Source: Planctomycetales bacterium (GTDB lineage: Bacteria; Omnitrophota; Gorgyraeia; Zapsychrales; Zapsychraceae). Taken from it: a stretch of DNA of 53,054 nucleotides. Below the pieces are notes generated by a model. It was given only the letters and a program-made list of their open reading frames with translations. It was not told the DNA's origin and searched no databases. The stretch is taken from positions 1 to 53,054 of the forward strand of contig SBBO01000014.1 of NCBI GenBank assembly GCA_005239675.1. Reading direction: 5' to 3'. Of this stretch, positions 1-8,516 are shown one piece after another. Each line of letters starts with the position of its first letter. Positions within the stretch are counted from its first letter, which is position 1. Both the position numbers and the translations under genes were made by a program.

Positions 1-140
1 AACGTTTATTGATGGTTCCTCCGGTTGACCTAGATCAAGTCCTCCGTTGGAAGCATCTTTTACTCAGCAAGGGGGGTAACGATCTATTGACCGTTCCCTC
101 AGAAGATTTTTCCAAAAATCCGAAAAATGCGCAAAAAGTC

Positions 141-168
141 TTGTCACTCAACGTTATTATGTTATAAT
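141..168 (+). promoter_or_regulatory. sigma70-type promoter with extended -10
   Basis: TTGTCA (141-146), 16-nt spacer, TATAAT (163-168) preceded by TGn. Confidence 0.6.
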
Positions 169-175
169 GCACCGC

Positions 176-547
176 ATGAAGATCGCGATCGATCGGGGGA
201 CAGTCCCTGCTCAAGAGCAGCGTCGGCATAGCCGGATTGATTTCCGTGAGGCCGTGCAATTTCGGTTTAAGGATTCCGCTGATGAGCATGGTTGTTTGTC
301 TCATGATCTCGGTGAAGGAGGGGTACGGCTGGCCATAAACGATTTTGTGCCATTGGGTACCGAGATGATCTTGCGGATTTCTTTGACTACAGAAAAGATT
401 GTTGATGACGTGGCCCGAGTCGTATGGATCCGAAAGCTTTCTACGGCGGATCGCTATGAGCTCGGTCTGGAGTTTCTAGATGATGCAAAGGCGGGGGAAC
501 CCAAAAGACAGATTCAACAGTGGATATCACGCCATCAGGTGACCTGA
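176..547 (+). CDS. PilZ domain protein
   Basis: RRHSR (RxxxR) and DLGEGG (variant of D/NxSxxG); ARVVW and YELGLEF beta-barrel motifs. The ATG at 167 lies inside the -10 box, so ATG 176 is preferred. Confidence 0.8.
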   Translation: MKIAIDRGTVPAQEQRRHSRIDFREAVQFRFKDSADEHGCLSHDLGEGGVRLAINDFVPLGTEMILRISLTTEKIVDDVARVVWIRKLSTADRYELGLEFLDDAKAGEPKRQIQQWISRHQVT

Positions 548-569
548 GCGGCTAAGGAGGTTAGGAAGT

Positions 570-737
570 ATGGCGGATGACAAAGTAGTCAGTGAATTCG
601 GGAAAAATTGCGCATGTTGTAAGAAACCTATGAAAAAGGCAAGGCGCTATTATCGTAATGGTGCGTATTACTGTAATAAAAACTGTTATAAGAAGAAGCT
701 GGCGGGTGAAACAACGGTAACAGCACAACAATCTTAG
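570..737 (+). CDS. 55-aa Cys-rich protein, TRASH/YHS-like treble-clef zinc finger
   Basis: Not in the ORF track. AAGGAGG RBS at 554-560; MADDKVVSEFGKNCACCKKPMKKARRYYRNGAYYCNKNCYKKKLAGETTVTAQQS has a CxxC...YCxxxC pattern. Confidence 0.75.
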   Translation: MADDKVVSEFGKNCACCKKPMKKARRYYRNGAYYCNKNCYKKKLAGETTVTAQQS

Positions 738-755
738 CTCAGATACAAGATATCA

Positions 756-1121
756 ATGCATCAAAAGCCATATACTGGTCAGGAGCGACGCGGCACCCCT
801 CGTAGTGGGACGCATATTCCTTTGAAGCTTAGTCAAGAGGATGGCGAGATCGTTACCGAAACGGTTAACGTGAGCCCAGTGGGGGCTTATTGCCGGGTTA
901 ATAAACGCATCGAGCCCATGACCAAATTGAATATTCAGATCCTCTTGCCGACACGTAGGGCTGAGAAGCGTTTCGCAAAGACAATCCACTGTCAGGGGAT
1001 AGTTGTGCGCGTTGATCCTGGCCAGGCGGGTGGGTTTTACAATATTGCCATCTTCTTTAATGAGATTGCCCAGAGGGATGCCGAGGCGATAAGCGATTAT
1101 GTGGCTTCTAGCCAGGCGTAG
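756..1121 (+). CDS. PilZ domain protein
   Basis: ERRGTPR (RxxxR) and NVSPVG (NxSxxG); GIVVR and IAIFF motifs. Confidence 0.85.
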   Translation: MHQKPYTGQERRGTPRSGTHIPLKLSQEDGEIVTETVNVSPVGAYCRVNKRIEPMTKLNIQILLPTRRAEKRFAKTIHCQGIVVRVDPGQAGGFYNIAIFFNEIAQRDAEAISDYVASSQA

Positions 1122-1124
1122 TTT

Positions 1125-1286
1125 ATGGAAAATTCATTTACGGTCAACCTGACACCGTTGCAGGTCTTTTTATCTTTAGCATTCCAGATCTGGATGATTG
1201 TCTTTCCCATCATTCTCATCCGTAAGGTTAATTATTTGATCGCCATCATTCAAGATCAATTTGACCCTGATAAAGAAACACCGTGA
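1125..1286 (+). CDS. 53-aa single-pass membrane protein
   Basis: Not in the ORF track. MENSFTVNLTPLQVFLSLAFQIWMIVFPIILIRKVNYLIAIIQDQFDPDKETP has one hydrophobic helix and fills the gap between its neighbours. Confidence 0.6.
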   Translation: MENSFTVNLTPLQVFLSLAFQIWMIVFPIILIRKVNYLIAIIQDQFDPDKETP

Positions 1287-1309
1287 GTGATTTTTTCAAT
1301 AGCTAATTC

Positions 1310-1987
1310 ATGGCGACGCCGCATGGTAAGAACCCTATTGCGGTTTTATATGCCGATGAATCGTGCATGGTTTTTGATAAGCCAGCCGGTCTCTTGGTTG
1401 TTCCGGCACCGGGAGACGAGCGCCAGACGCTCACCCAAATCCTTAACCAACAGTACGCATCGTCCCAGGGATGGAAGTTACATCCCTGCCATCGCCTCGA
1501 TCGGGAGACGTCCGGGGCAATCCTCTTTGCTAAGGGCAAGGGCCAACAACAATTACTGATGAGTCTTTTTCATAGAAAAATGATCAGTAAGAAATATATT
1601 GCTTTAATTCATGGGAGACTACGCCAACGCTCTGGCGAGTTGCGCAGTTGTATCCGGGATTTTGACGAGAGGCGGTTCAACCGCTACGGCGCTGCAAAAT
1701 TATCCGTGACGCGTTACCGGGTGATGACTGAGCGAAAGGATTTTAGTATTGTTGAGGTCGTGCCGATTACTGGTCGGACGAATCAAATCCGCATCCAGTT
1801 TGCCGAGGTCGGACACCCTTTAGTGGGAGAGCGTAAATATGCCCTGGCAAGAGATTACGGGCTGCGATTCCGTCGCGTTGCCCTGCATGCCGCTAGCTTG
1901 GCATGGACACATCCTGTTTCTAAAAAGACAGTAAACGTCACCTGCCCGTTATCTAAAGACATGGAGGACTTCATTGGACGCAACTGA
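1310..1987 (+). CDS. RluA-family pseudouridine synthase
   Basis: DKPAGLLV, catalytic HRLDRETSG, TGRTNQIR, GHPLVG, LHAASL. Confidence 0.93.
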   Translation: MATPHGKNPIAVLYADESCMVFDKPAGLLVVPAPGDERQTLTQILNQQYASSQGWKLHPCHRLDRETSGAILFAKGKGQQQLLMSLFHRKMISKKYIALIHGRLRQRSGELRSCIRDFDERRFNRYGAAKLSVTRYRVMTERKDFSIVEVVPITGRTNQIRIQFAEVGHPLVGERKYALARDYGLRFRRVALHAASLAWTHPVSKKTVNVTCPLSKDMEDFIGRN

Positions 1988-2288
1988 AATTAAAGGAAAG
2001 TCTCTTAACGCATTGTCCCGCCTGTGTCACACCATCGCAGTTGAAAAGGGATTCTGGGATAGCGAGCGTAATTTAGGCGAGGCCCTGATGCTGGTTGTAA
2101 CCGAACTAGCTGAGGCCATGGAGGCGCACCGTAGGCAGGACAAGGCGAATTTCCGCGAGGAGATTGCTGATAGCTTCATCCGCCTTTTAGACCTGTGTGG
2201 GGGGCTCGGCATTGATATCGAAGAAGAGATTCACAAAAAATCCATGAAAAACAAAAAACGGCCGTATAAGCATGGCAAGATCTGTTGA
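1974..2288 (+). CDS. MazG-like nucleotide pyrophosphohydrolase (all-alpha NTP-PPase)
   Basis: ELAEAMEA...EEIAD acidic motif; C-terminal NKKRPYKHGK; GGAGG before the TTG start. Confidence 0.8.
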   Translation: MDATEIKGKSLNALSRLCHTIAVEKGFWDSERNLGEALMLVVTELAEAMEAHRRQDKANFREEIADSFIRLLDLCGGLGIDIEEEIHKKSMKNKKRPYKHGKIC

Positions 2289-2289
2289 C

Positions 2290-2748
2290 ATGAAAAGAAA
2301 GTTCTTATTGGGGATTTTGCTGAGCATGGCACTGGTCGGATGCGTTAGCGTCACTATCCCCCATTACATCCGAGATCAACACCCTTACCGTAAGACGTTT
2401 GATGCATCGTTCGACGAGGTGCTGGCCGCAACAGTTCAGACGATAGGAGAGATGGACTGGAAGATTGTCCAAGAGACTGATCCGGCAATTTTCGAACGTA
2501 ACAAAGATATCAACCAACCCCGCGTCCGACAGATTCTTATTTTTACTGATAGCCGGCCGATGGCATTTGTCTTGGGGACACGTTATACACGGATGAACAT
2601 TTATCTGCAGTCTACGACCGATAACACAACCGATGTCGAGTTACGTTATCTGAGAGTGACCTCTGTCTCGCTGAAGAATTTTCAAAATTACCGTAACGAC
2701 GGCTTTGCCCAAAGAATCTTTTCCCGCATCGCGGCTATTTTAAAATAA
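2290..2748 (+). CDS. lipoprotein of unknown function
   Basis: Signal peptide MKRKFLLGILLSMALVG-C with a lipobox. Confidence 0.7.
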   Translation: MKRKFLLGILLSMALVGCVSVTIPHYIRDQHPYRKTFDASFDEVLAATVQTIGEMDWKIVQETDPAIFERNKDINQPRVRQILIFTDSRPMAFVLGTRYTRMNIYLQSTTDNTTDVELRYLRVTSVSLKNFQNYRNDGFAQRIFSRIAAILK

Positions 2749-2774
2749 GGGTGAGGGTATGAAGATCTGGATGC

Positions 2775-4754
2775 ATGGACCAATTTATCCTCAAAAGTAA
2801 GTTTAGGCCTGTCACCGATCAACTTGAGGCGGTCGATAGGCTCGTTGAGGGCATCCGGCACGCAGTCACCTCTCAGGTCTTCTTGGGCGTCACTGGAAGC
2901 GGCAAGACGTTTACCCTGGCCAATGTCATTGCTAAGATCAATTGCCCCACCCTTGTTATCTCGCCAAACAAAACCCTGGCAGCCCAGCTGTACAGTGAAT
3001 TCAAGGAATTCTTTCCGCACAATGCCGTGGAATATTTTGTCAGTTATTATGATTATTACCAGCCAGAGGCCTATATTCCACAGACGGATGTTTATATCGA
3101 GAAAGACGCCTCCATTAATGACCGACTGGATCGCCTGCGGCTTTCCTCAACGACCTCTTTGATGTCGCGTCGGGATGTCCTAATTGTGGCCAGCGTCTCA
3201 TGCATCTACAATCTCGGATCTCCACAGGATTACCAAGAATCCTTGTTGTATTTAGAAAATGGGCAGAAAATAGACCGTGATGAGGTGATCCACAGGCTGG
3301 TGGATATTCAATATGAGCGTAATGATTATGAGTTGACCCGCGCCAAGCTGCGCGTACGCGGCGATATCCTTGAGGTGTATCCCGCCTATCGGCAGGGGGC
3401 GCTGCGTATCCAGTTTGACGATGACACAATCGAAGGAATCTTCGCCATTGACGTTGTCTCTGGGAATGTTCTGGAGAAATTAGCGAAGGTGGCCATTTAT
3501 CCAGCCAAGCATTTTATGACCTCCTCTGAGCATATTGAGCGCGCCTGTGCATTAATTGAGAAAGAATTGGATGAGCGTCTGCTTGAGTTAAAGAGGGTGG
3601 GAAAATATGCCCAGGCCGAGCGACTGACCTCACGTACCCGCTATGACATGGCTATGCTCAAAGAAATAGGTTATTGCCATGGTATCGAGAATTATTCCCG
3701 CGCGCTTTCCGGTCGACCAGCCGGGAGCCGCCCGTATTGTCTCTTGGATTATTTTCCGCAGGACTTCTTGACGTTGATTGATGAATCCCATGTTGCGGTC
3801 CCACAGCTCAGCGGCATGTACCGAGCCGATAAGTCCCGTAAGGAGGTCCTCATTGAGCACGGTTTTCGTCTACCCTCCTGCCTAGATAATCGACCCTTGA
3901 AGTTCACCGAATTCTTGGAAGTAGTCAAGCAGCGGATATGTGTCTCGGCAACGCCGGGGCCCTTCGAGCGTAACGATAGCAAGAATAAAATCGTAGAGCA
4001 GATTATTCGGCCAACGGGGATTGTTGATCCGCCTATTGAGGTCCGGCCGACCAAGGGTCAGGTTGATGACCTTATCGGTGAAATTAAGAAACGTGCAGCA
4101 AAAAATGAGCGAGTCCTGGTCACGACCTTGACGAAGAGGATGTCCGAGGACCTGTGTCAGTATTTAGAGGATGAGGGGTTGAAGGTCAAATATGTGCATT
4201 CTGATATCGAAACTATCGAACGTATCGATATCATCAAAGGGTTACGGCTGAAAAAGTTTGATTGTTTGGTTGGTGTTAACCTCCTGCGGGAAGGTCTTGA
4301 TCTGCCGGAGGTGTCTTTGGTTGCCATATTGGATGCAGATAAAGAAGGATTTTTACGCTCGCAGACATCGCTCATTCAGATGGCTGGCCGGGCTGCTCGG
4401 AATATTCACGGTTTGGTTATTATGTATGCCGACCGCGTGAGTTCTGCGATGCGGGTAACGATCCGGGAATGTGATCGCCGACGCAAGATTCAAATCGCGT
4501 TTAATGTCAAACACGGGATTACGCCTCAAACGATCCAGAAGGCCGTCCGCGATGGTATCGAGGAATTGGCCCGTGAGGATGCCCAGAAGGTGGTCTTAAC
4601 GGTTGCGGGACAAAGTGAGGCAGAGTATGCCGTAACGCATTACATTACAGAAATGGAGCGAGAAATGGAACTGGCGGCCCGCAACCTTCAGTTTGAGCGG
4701 GCGGCGATGATCCGAGATAAAATTAAGGAAATCAAAAAAGGGAAGGGCAAATGA
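2775..4754 (+). CDS. uvrB: excinuclease ABC subunit B
   Basis: GVTGSGKT, YYDYYQPEAY beta-hairpin, DESH, GRAARN, C-terminal UVR coiled coil. Confidence 0.98.
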   Translation: MDQFILKSKFRPVTDQLEAVDRLVEGIRHAVTSQVFLGVTGSGKTFTLANVIAKINCPTLVISPNKTLAAQLYSEFKEFFPHNAVEYFVSYYDYYQPEAYIPQTDVYIEKDASINDRLDRLRLSSTTSLMSRRDVLIVASVSCIYNLGSPQDYQESLLYLENGQKIDRDEVIHRLVDIQYERNDYELTRAKLRVRGDILEVYPAYRQGALRIQFDDDTIEGIFAIDVVSGNVLEKLAKVAIYPAKHFMTSSEHIERACALIEKELDERLLELKRVGKYAQAERLTSRTRYDMAMLKEIGYCHGIENYSRALSGRPAGSRPYCLLDYFPQDFLTLIDESHVAVPQLSGMYRADKSRKEVLIEHGFRLPSCLDNRPLKFTEFLEVVKQRICVSATPGPFERNDSKNKIVEQIIRPTGIVDPPIEVRPTKGQVDDLIGEIKKRAAKNERVLVTTLTKRMSEDLCQYLEDEGLKVKYVHSDIETIERIDIIKGLRLKKFDCLVGVNLLREGLDLPEVSLVAILDADKEGFLRSQTSLIQMAGRAARNIHGLVIMYADRVSSAMRVTIRECDRRRKIQIAFNVKHGITPQTIQKAVRDGIEELAREDAQKVVLTVAGQSEAEYAVTHYITEMEREMELAARNLQFERAAMIRDKIKEIKKGKGK

Positions 4755-5512
4755 TTCTAGCAATTGATATCGGCAATACAACCATTGCCTTGGGTGTTTG
4801 TGCGGGGTTACGGATAGTCACTGTTTATCGACTGGCTACGATTAGCAGCAAAGAACGATTAACGGCACAACTAGGCGCATTGCTGGGGCGTATCCATCGT
4901 CACTATCCATCGCTTGAGTCTGCCGTTATATGCAGCGTTGTCCCCAAAGCGTTGGTTACTGTTAGGATGGTTCTACGTCGTAAACTCGCCATACCGGTGA
5001 GGATAATTGGACGAGATGTCAAGGTACCCATCAAGAATAATTACAAAAATCCACGACAGGTAGGACAAGATCGATTGGTGGGCGCGTATGCGGCCTACCG
5101 TCTTTATCAGGCCCCCTGTCTTATTATTGATTTTGGCACGGCCATTACCTTCGATGTGGTCTCCCGCTGCGGGGAATATGAGGGAGGCATCATCCTGCCG
5201 GGATTGCGGTTGTCCGCGGAATCGCTATTTCAAAAGACCGCTCTTTTGCCATCCATCGATTCCATTCGTGCCCCGCGCTCCTTGATAGGAAGAGATACAA
5301 AGGAGAGCATCCTCAGTGGTTTGTTGAACGGTTATGGGGCTATGTGTTGCGGGCTGATCGATCTTATTTCCGACACGCTTAAGACCTCACCTAAGGTCAT
5401 CATTACCGGCGGCCATACCCACCTCATGCGTCGATTTATCCGTAAGAAAATCCATTGCATCGACACCCATCTTGTCTTCAAGGGGATGTGTCTGGCTTTA
5501 GGCGTTACGTAA
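4751..5512 (+). CDS. coaX: type III pantothenate kinase
   Basis: LAIDIGNT, GQDR, DFGTAITFD, GGIILPG, TGG. Confidence 0.95.
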   Translation: MILAIDIGNTTIALGVCAGLRIVTVYRLATISSKERLTAQLGALLGRIHRHYPSLESAVICSVVPKALVTVRMVLRRKLAIPVRIIGRDVKVPIKNNYKNPRQVGQDRLVGAYAAYRLYQAPCLIIDFGTAITFDVVSRCGEYEGGIILPGLRLSAESLFQKTALLPSIDSIRAPRSLIGRDTKESILSGLLNGYGAMCCGLIDLISDTLKTSPKVIITGGHTHLMRRFIRKKIHCIDTHLVFKGMCLALGVT

Positions 5513-5578
5513 CTTTTAAAAGCAGGCATTGGGAACAGAAGATAGCAAGAAATAAATAAAAAAAATATTAAAAAATAT

Positions 5579-5607
5579 TTGACAATAAGTATTGTTTAAG
5601 GCATAAT
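5579..5607 (+). promoter_or_regulatory. sigma70 promoter of the cold-shock gene, with A-rich UP element
   Basis: TTGACA (5579-5584), 17-nt spacer, CATAAT (5602-5607); A-tracts upstream. Confidence 0.75.
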
Positions 5608-5651
5608 TAAATTGTTTCATATTGCAGTAAATAATAGAGGGGGAAAATCAG

Positions 5652-5692
5652 AAGACCGCAATGTTGGAGATGATCAACCTTGCGGTTTTTTT
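5652..5692 (+). terminator. terminator/attenuator-like hairpin in the csp leader
   Basis: ACCGCAA-T-GTTG-loop-CAAC-C-TTGCGGT stem ending in a T7 run. Confidence 0.55.
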
Positions 5693-5813
5693 GTGCACGA
5701 AGCAGCACTTGCTTGATGATTACCCGTAGTAATTCCGGTGCCATAATGCATGGTTATGACGGAAGCAACATTATTTACGCAAGAATATTTGAAGAAAGGA
5801 GGTCATGCATTGT

Positions 5814-6014
5814 ATGGCTAAAGGAACAGTAAAATGGTTCAATAACCAAAAAGGTTATGGCTTTATTTCCACCGAAGCAGGTAAGGATGTCTTCGTGCAT
5901 CATACGGCTATTCAAGGGAGTGGTTATAAGTCTTTAGAGGAGGGTCAGAATGTTGAATTCGAAGTTACGACCGGCCCTAAAGGTGACCAAGCTATTAACG
6001 TGGTTAAGGTGTAA
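5814..6014 (+). CDS. cspA: cold-shock protein, CspA family
   Basis: GTVKWFN, KGYGFI (RNP1), DVFVH (RNP2); the AGGAGGT spacing favours ATG 5814. Confidence 0.96.
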   Translation: MAKGTVKWFNNQKGYGFISTEAGKDVFVHHTAIQGSGYKSLEEGQNVEFEVTTGPKGDQAINVVKV

Positions 6015-6057
6015 TAAAACACAAAGAGTTTTGATTAAAAGACTTCTTGTGTTTTTG

Positions 6058-6086
6058 AAAACGGCTGCTTTCGCGCAGCCGTTTTT
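6058..6086 (+). terminator. intrinsic terminator
   Basis: AAAACGGCTGC-TTTCGC-GCAGCCGTTTTT; a second AT-rich hairpin lies at about 6016-6056. Confidence 0.85.
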
Positions 6087-6092
6087 ATTGTG

Positions 6093-6174
6093 GTGCGCCC
6101 GGCAGGGCGCACTTACTTGAAGGTGCAAGTCCTTTATAGGCCTGATAAGAGGAACTGTTAGCCGGACGGCAAGG
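6093..6174 (+). mobile_element. group IIC intron 5' fragment (part of domain I only, no RT ORF)
   Basis: Starts GTGCG (GUGYG consensus) then CCCGGCAGGGCGCA...GGTGCAAGTCC...AACTGTTAGCC...GCAAGG, resembling IIC intron 5' ends. It begins 6 nt after the terminator T-run, the typical IIC target. Confidence 0.78.
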
Positions 6175-6262
6175 CGACTTACCTCCTATTTTAATCCGTG
6201 CGTCTTGTAGGGCCTCGGGAGATGTCAGCCCGCTTGTGAAGCGAGGGGTGCTAGGGGCAGTA

Positions 6263-6291
6263 TTGACAGGGGGTAAGTCTTGGCTTAAACT
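6263..6291 (+). promoter_or_regulatory. sigma70 promoter
   Basis: TTGACA (6263-6268), 17-nt spacer, TAAACT (6286-6291). Confidence 0.6.
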
Positions 6292-6318
6292 TAAAGTGGA
6301 AGAGAAGGTGAGCTAGAC

Positions 6319-6678
6319 ATGACTGTAGGGGATGTAGCAAAGAAGTTTGCCCTATTGCGGATTCGTGAAACACGGGCCACCCGCGACGATTATGAGGAAC
6401 ATGTGATTTATGCAAGCGACATTGAACAATGGACTGCTGCCCTCAAGGATATTTTTGGCCCACCGATCAAGCCGGCAGGGGTAGCCCCCAGCGCTGATAA
6501 TCTGGCGGTGTGTCAAGGACACGGCGGCATTATGAAGAATCAGGTGTTATTCATCAAAGAGCTTGGTAACACAATCCTTGTGGTGATGTTCTGGCCATGG
6601 ATGGATGGATTGCACACGACCTTAAAACTATATCTTGTAGATGGCAAAATAGGAGGGGCACTGCCTTTAAGAAAATAG
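6319..6678 (+). CDS. hypothetical protein
   Basis: 119-aa ORF with a promoter and an AAGGTG RBS; no family recognised (FWPW motif). Confidence 0.7.
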   Translation: MTVGDVAKKFALLRIRETRATRDDYEEHVIYASDIEQWTAALKDIFGPPIKPAGVAPSADNLAVCQGHGGIMKNQVLFIKELGNTILVVMFWPWMDGLHTTLKLYLVDGKIGGALPLRK

Positions 6679-6702
6679 TTGACGGCAATGCCGTAACTAG
6701 CG

Positions 6703-7836
6703 ATGTACCAAAAAGAAGATTGTTCTGCTGCTGAGCCACGTATGGCTCAGCAGCAGAACACTGCTAAGCCATACGTGGGCCGTTATTGGAAGGAACTTGA
6801 AGACGGACGTGTGCTCTGTGAACTATGCCCTCGTTACTGCCATCTAGCCGATGGGCAGCGGGGGTTTTGTTTTGTTCGTCAGAATATTGGCGGCAAGATA
6901 ATCCTGACGACCTATGGGCGTAGTAGTGGTTTTTGCATTGACCCTGTCGAGAAAAAGCCGCTTAACCATTTCTATCCGGGTAGTAGTATTCTTTCTTTCG
7001 GCACAGCCGGCTGCAACCTAGGGTGTAAGTTTTGTCAGAACTGGGACATCAGCAAGTCTCGCGAGTTCGACCGCTTAACAGATCAGGCCTCACCGGTACA
7101 AATTGCCCTTATGGCCAAGGCCATGGGTTGCGTGGGTGTTGCTTTTACCTATAATGATCCTGTCATCTTTGCCGAATACGCTATTGATATCGCTCAGGAA
7201 TGCCACCAGTTAGGAATAAAGACCGTTGCGGTTACTGCAGGATATATGACGGACAAATCCCGTCCGGAATTTTACAGACATATGGACGCGGCCAACGTTG
7301 ATTTAAAGGGCTTCACCCAGGAGTTTTATCGCAATGTGACATTGAGCTCATTGCAACCGGTATTGGACACACTGGTGTATTTAAAGCGCGAAACCGATGT
7401 CTGGTTTGAGATTACGAATCTCCTTATTCCAGAAGTCAATGACAGCGATAAAGAGATCCACGAAATGAGTGAATGGATCGCCCGTGAGCTTGGGGTTGAT
7501 GTGCCGCTACATTTTACCGCATTCCATCCGGATTTCCGCATGAGGGACAAACCCAATACGCCGCCATCGACCTTGACGCACGCACGCGCTATCGCCTTAT
7601 CTAAGGGGCTGCGTTATGTGTATACCGGCAATGTTCACGACTCTAAGGGTGGCAGCACGTATTGCCATAATTGTGGTGGGGTCTTAATCGAGCGGGACTG
7701 GTATCAGCTAGGCGCGTATAACCTGAAAGACAAGAATACGTGTGCGCATTGTGGAACGGTTTGCCCTGGTCATTTTGATGTCAGGCCCGGTAACTGGGGT
7801 CCACGCCGGCTCCCTGTACATCTCGCAGATTTTTAA
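6703..7836 (+). CDS. amrS: AmmeMemoRadiSam system radical SAM enzyme
   Basis: N-terminal CELCPRYC...GFCFVR, DPVEKKPLNHF, radical SAM motif CNLGCKFC, C-terminal CxxC pairs; start may be ATG 6742. Confidence 0.92.
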   Translation: MYQKEDCSAAEPRMAQQQNTAKPYVGRYWKELEDGRVLCELCPRYCHLADGQRGFCFVRQNIGGKIILTTYGRSSGFCIDPVEKKPLNHFYPGSSILSFGTAGCNLGCKFCQNWDISKSREFDRLTDQASPVQIALMAKAMGCVGVAFTYNDPVIFAEYAIDIAQECHQLGIKTVAVTAGYMTDKSRPEFYRHMDAANVDLKGFTQEFYRNVTLSSLQPVLDTLVYLKRETDVWFEITNLLIPEVNDSDKEIHEMSEWIARELGVDVPLHFTAFHPDFRMRDKPNTPPSTLTHARAIALSKGLRYVYTGNVHDSKGGSTYCHNCGGVLIERDWYQLGAYNLKDKNTCAHCGTVCPGHFDVRPGNWGPRRLPVHLADF

Positions 7837-7979
7837 TGCCTTCCCTGGTTTTTTGATGTTTTACCTGCAAAATTTTGCTTTGCAAATAATTTAAAATCTA
7901 TATACTTAAACCGTTATCAAGGATAATATGACAGATGTGAGCAATATACCGTATCTGCAGAGACCAGGGGGGGGGAGAG

Positions 7980-8516
7980 ATGAAGAAAATGATTATAAGG
8001 GCTGTAGGGTTTGGGGTGTGTTGGTGGGGCATGGCGTCTTGGGCTTATGCAGCAATTGAAGAAAAGACGGCTACGGCCATCATTACCACTACCACCGCAG
8101 CGGTCGCGGTTTTGGGAGAAGTTCATTTTACGGAAAAGGAAGACGGTGTTCAGGTGGCCGCCCACTTGACCGCGGTGCCGGCAGGTAATCACGGATTCCA
8201 TATCCATGAGAACGGTGCTTGTGCTGATAGTGGCAAGGCCGCGGGCGGACATTTTAATCCGGATAACCATCAGCACGGTCTTCTGACTAAAGACAGCCTA
8301 GAAGGTGCCCACGCGGGCGATTTGGGCAATATCACGATCAATGCTGATGGCAGTGGCGATTATTCTGAGTTCATCAAGGGGTTGAGTTTATCTGGTGGGA
8401 AATACAATATTGTCGGCAAGGCTGTGATTGTGCATGAGAAGCCTGATGATTTCGGGCAACCAACAGGTAATGCCGGTGGACGAATTGGGTGTGGTATTAT
8501 AGAGATAAATAAATAG
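7980..8516 (+). CDS. sodC: Cu/Zn superoxide dismutase, exported
   Basis: HGFHIH, GGHFNP, HG...HAGDLGN, HEKPDD, GNAGGRIGCG; signal peptide. Confidence 0.95.
   Translation: MKKMIIRAVGFGVCWWGMASWAYAAIEEKTATAIITTTTAAVAVLGEVHFTEKEDGVQVAAHLTAVPAGNHGFHIHENGACADSGKAAGGHFNPDNHQHGLLTKDSLEGAHAGDLGNITINADGSGDYSEFIKGLSLSGGKYNIVGKAVIVHEKPDDFGQPTGNAGGRIGCGIIEINK

Noticed and set aside
1-166. Open frames at the window start (a + frame ending at TAA 164-166; minus ORF 35-304)
   Set aside because: No recognisable motif; cannot distinguish a partial gene from intergenic DNA.
5934-6128. Minus-strand 64-aa ORF
   Set aside because: It runs across csp, its terminator and the intron remnant, and has no suitably spaced RBS.
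6179-6190. TTACCTCCT, resembling the 16S anti-SD or a minus-strand RBS
   Set aside because: No rRNA context; the minus-strand TTG behind it stops after four codons.
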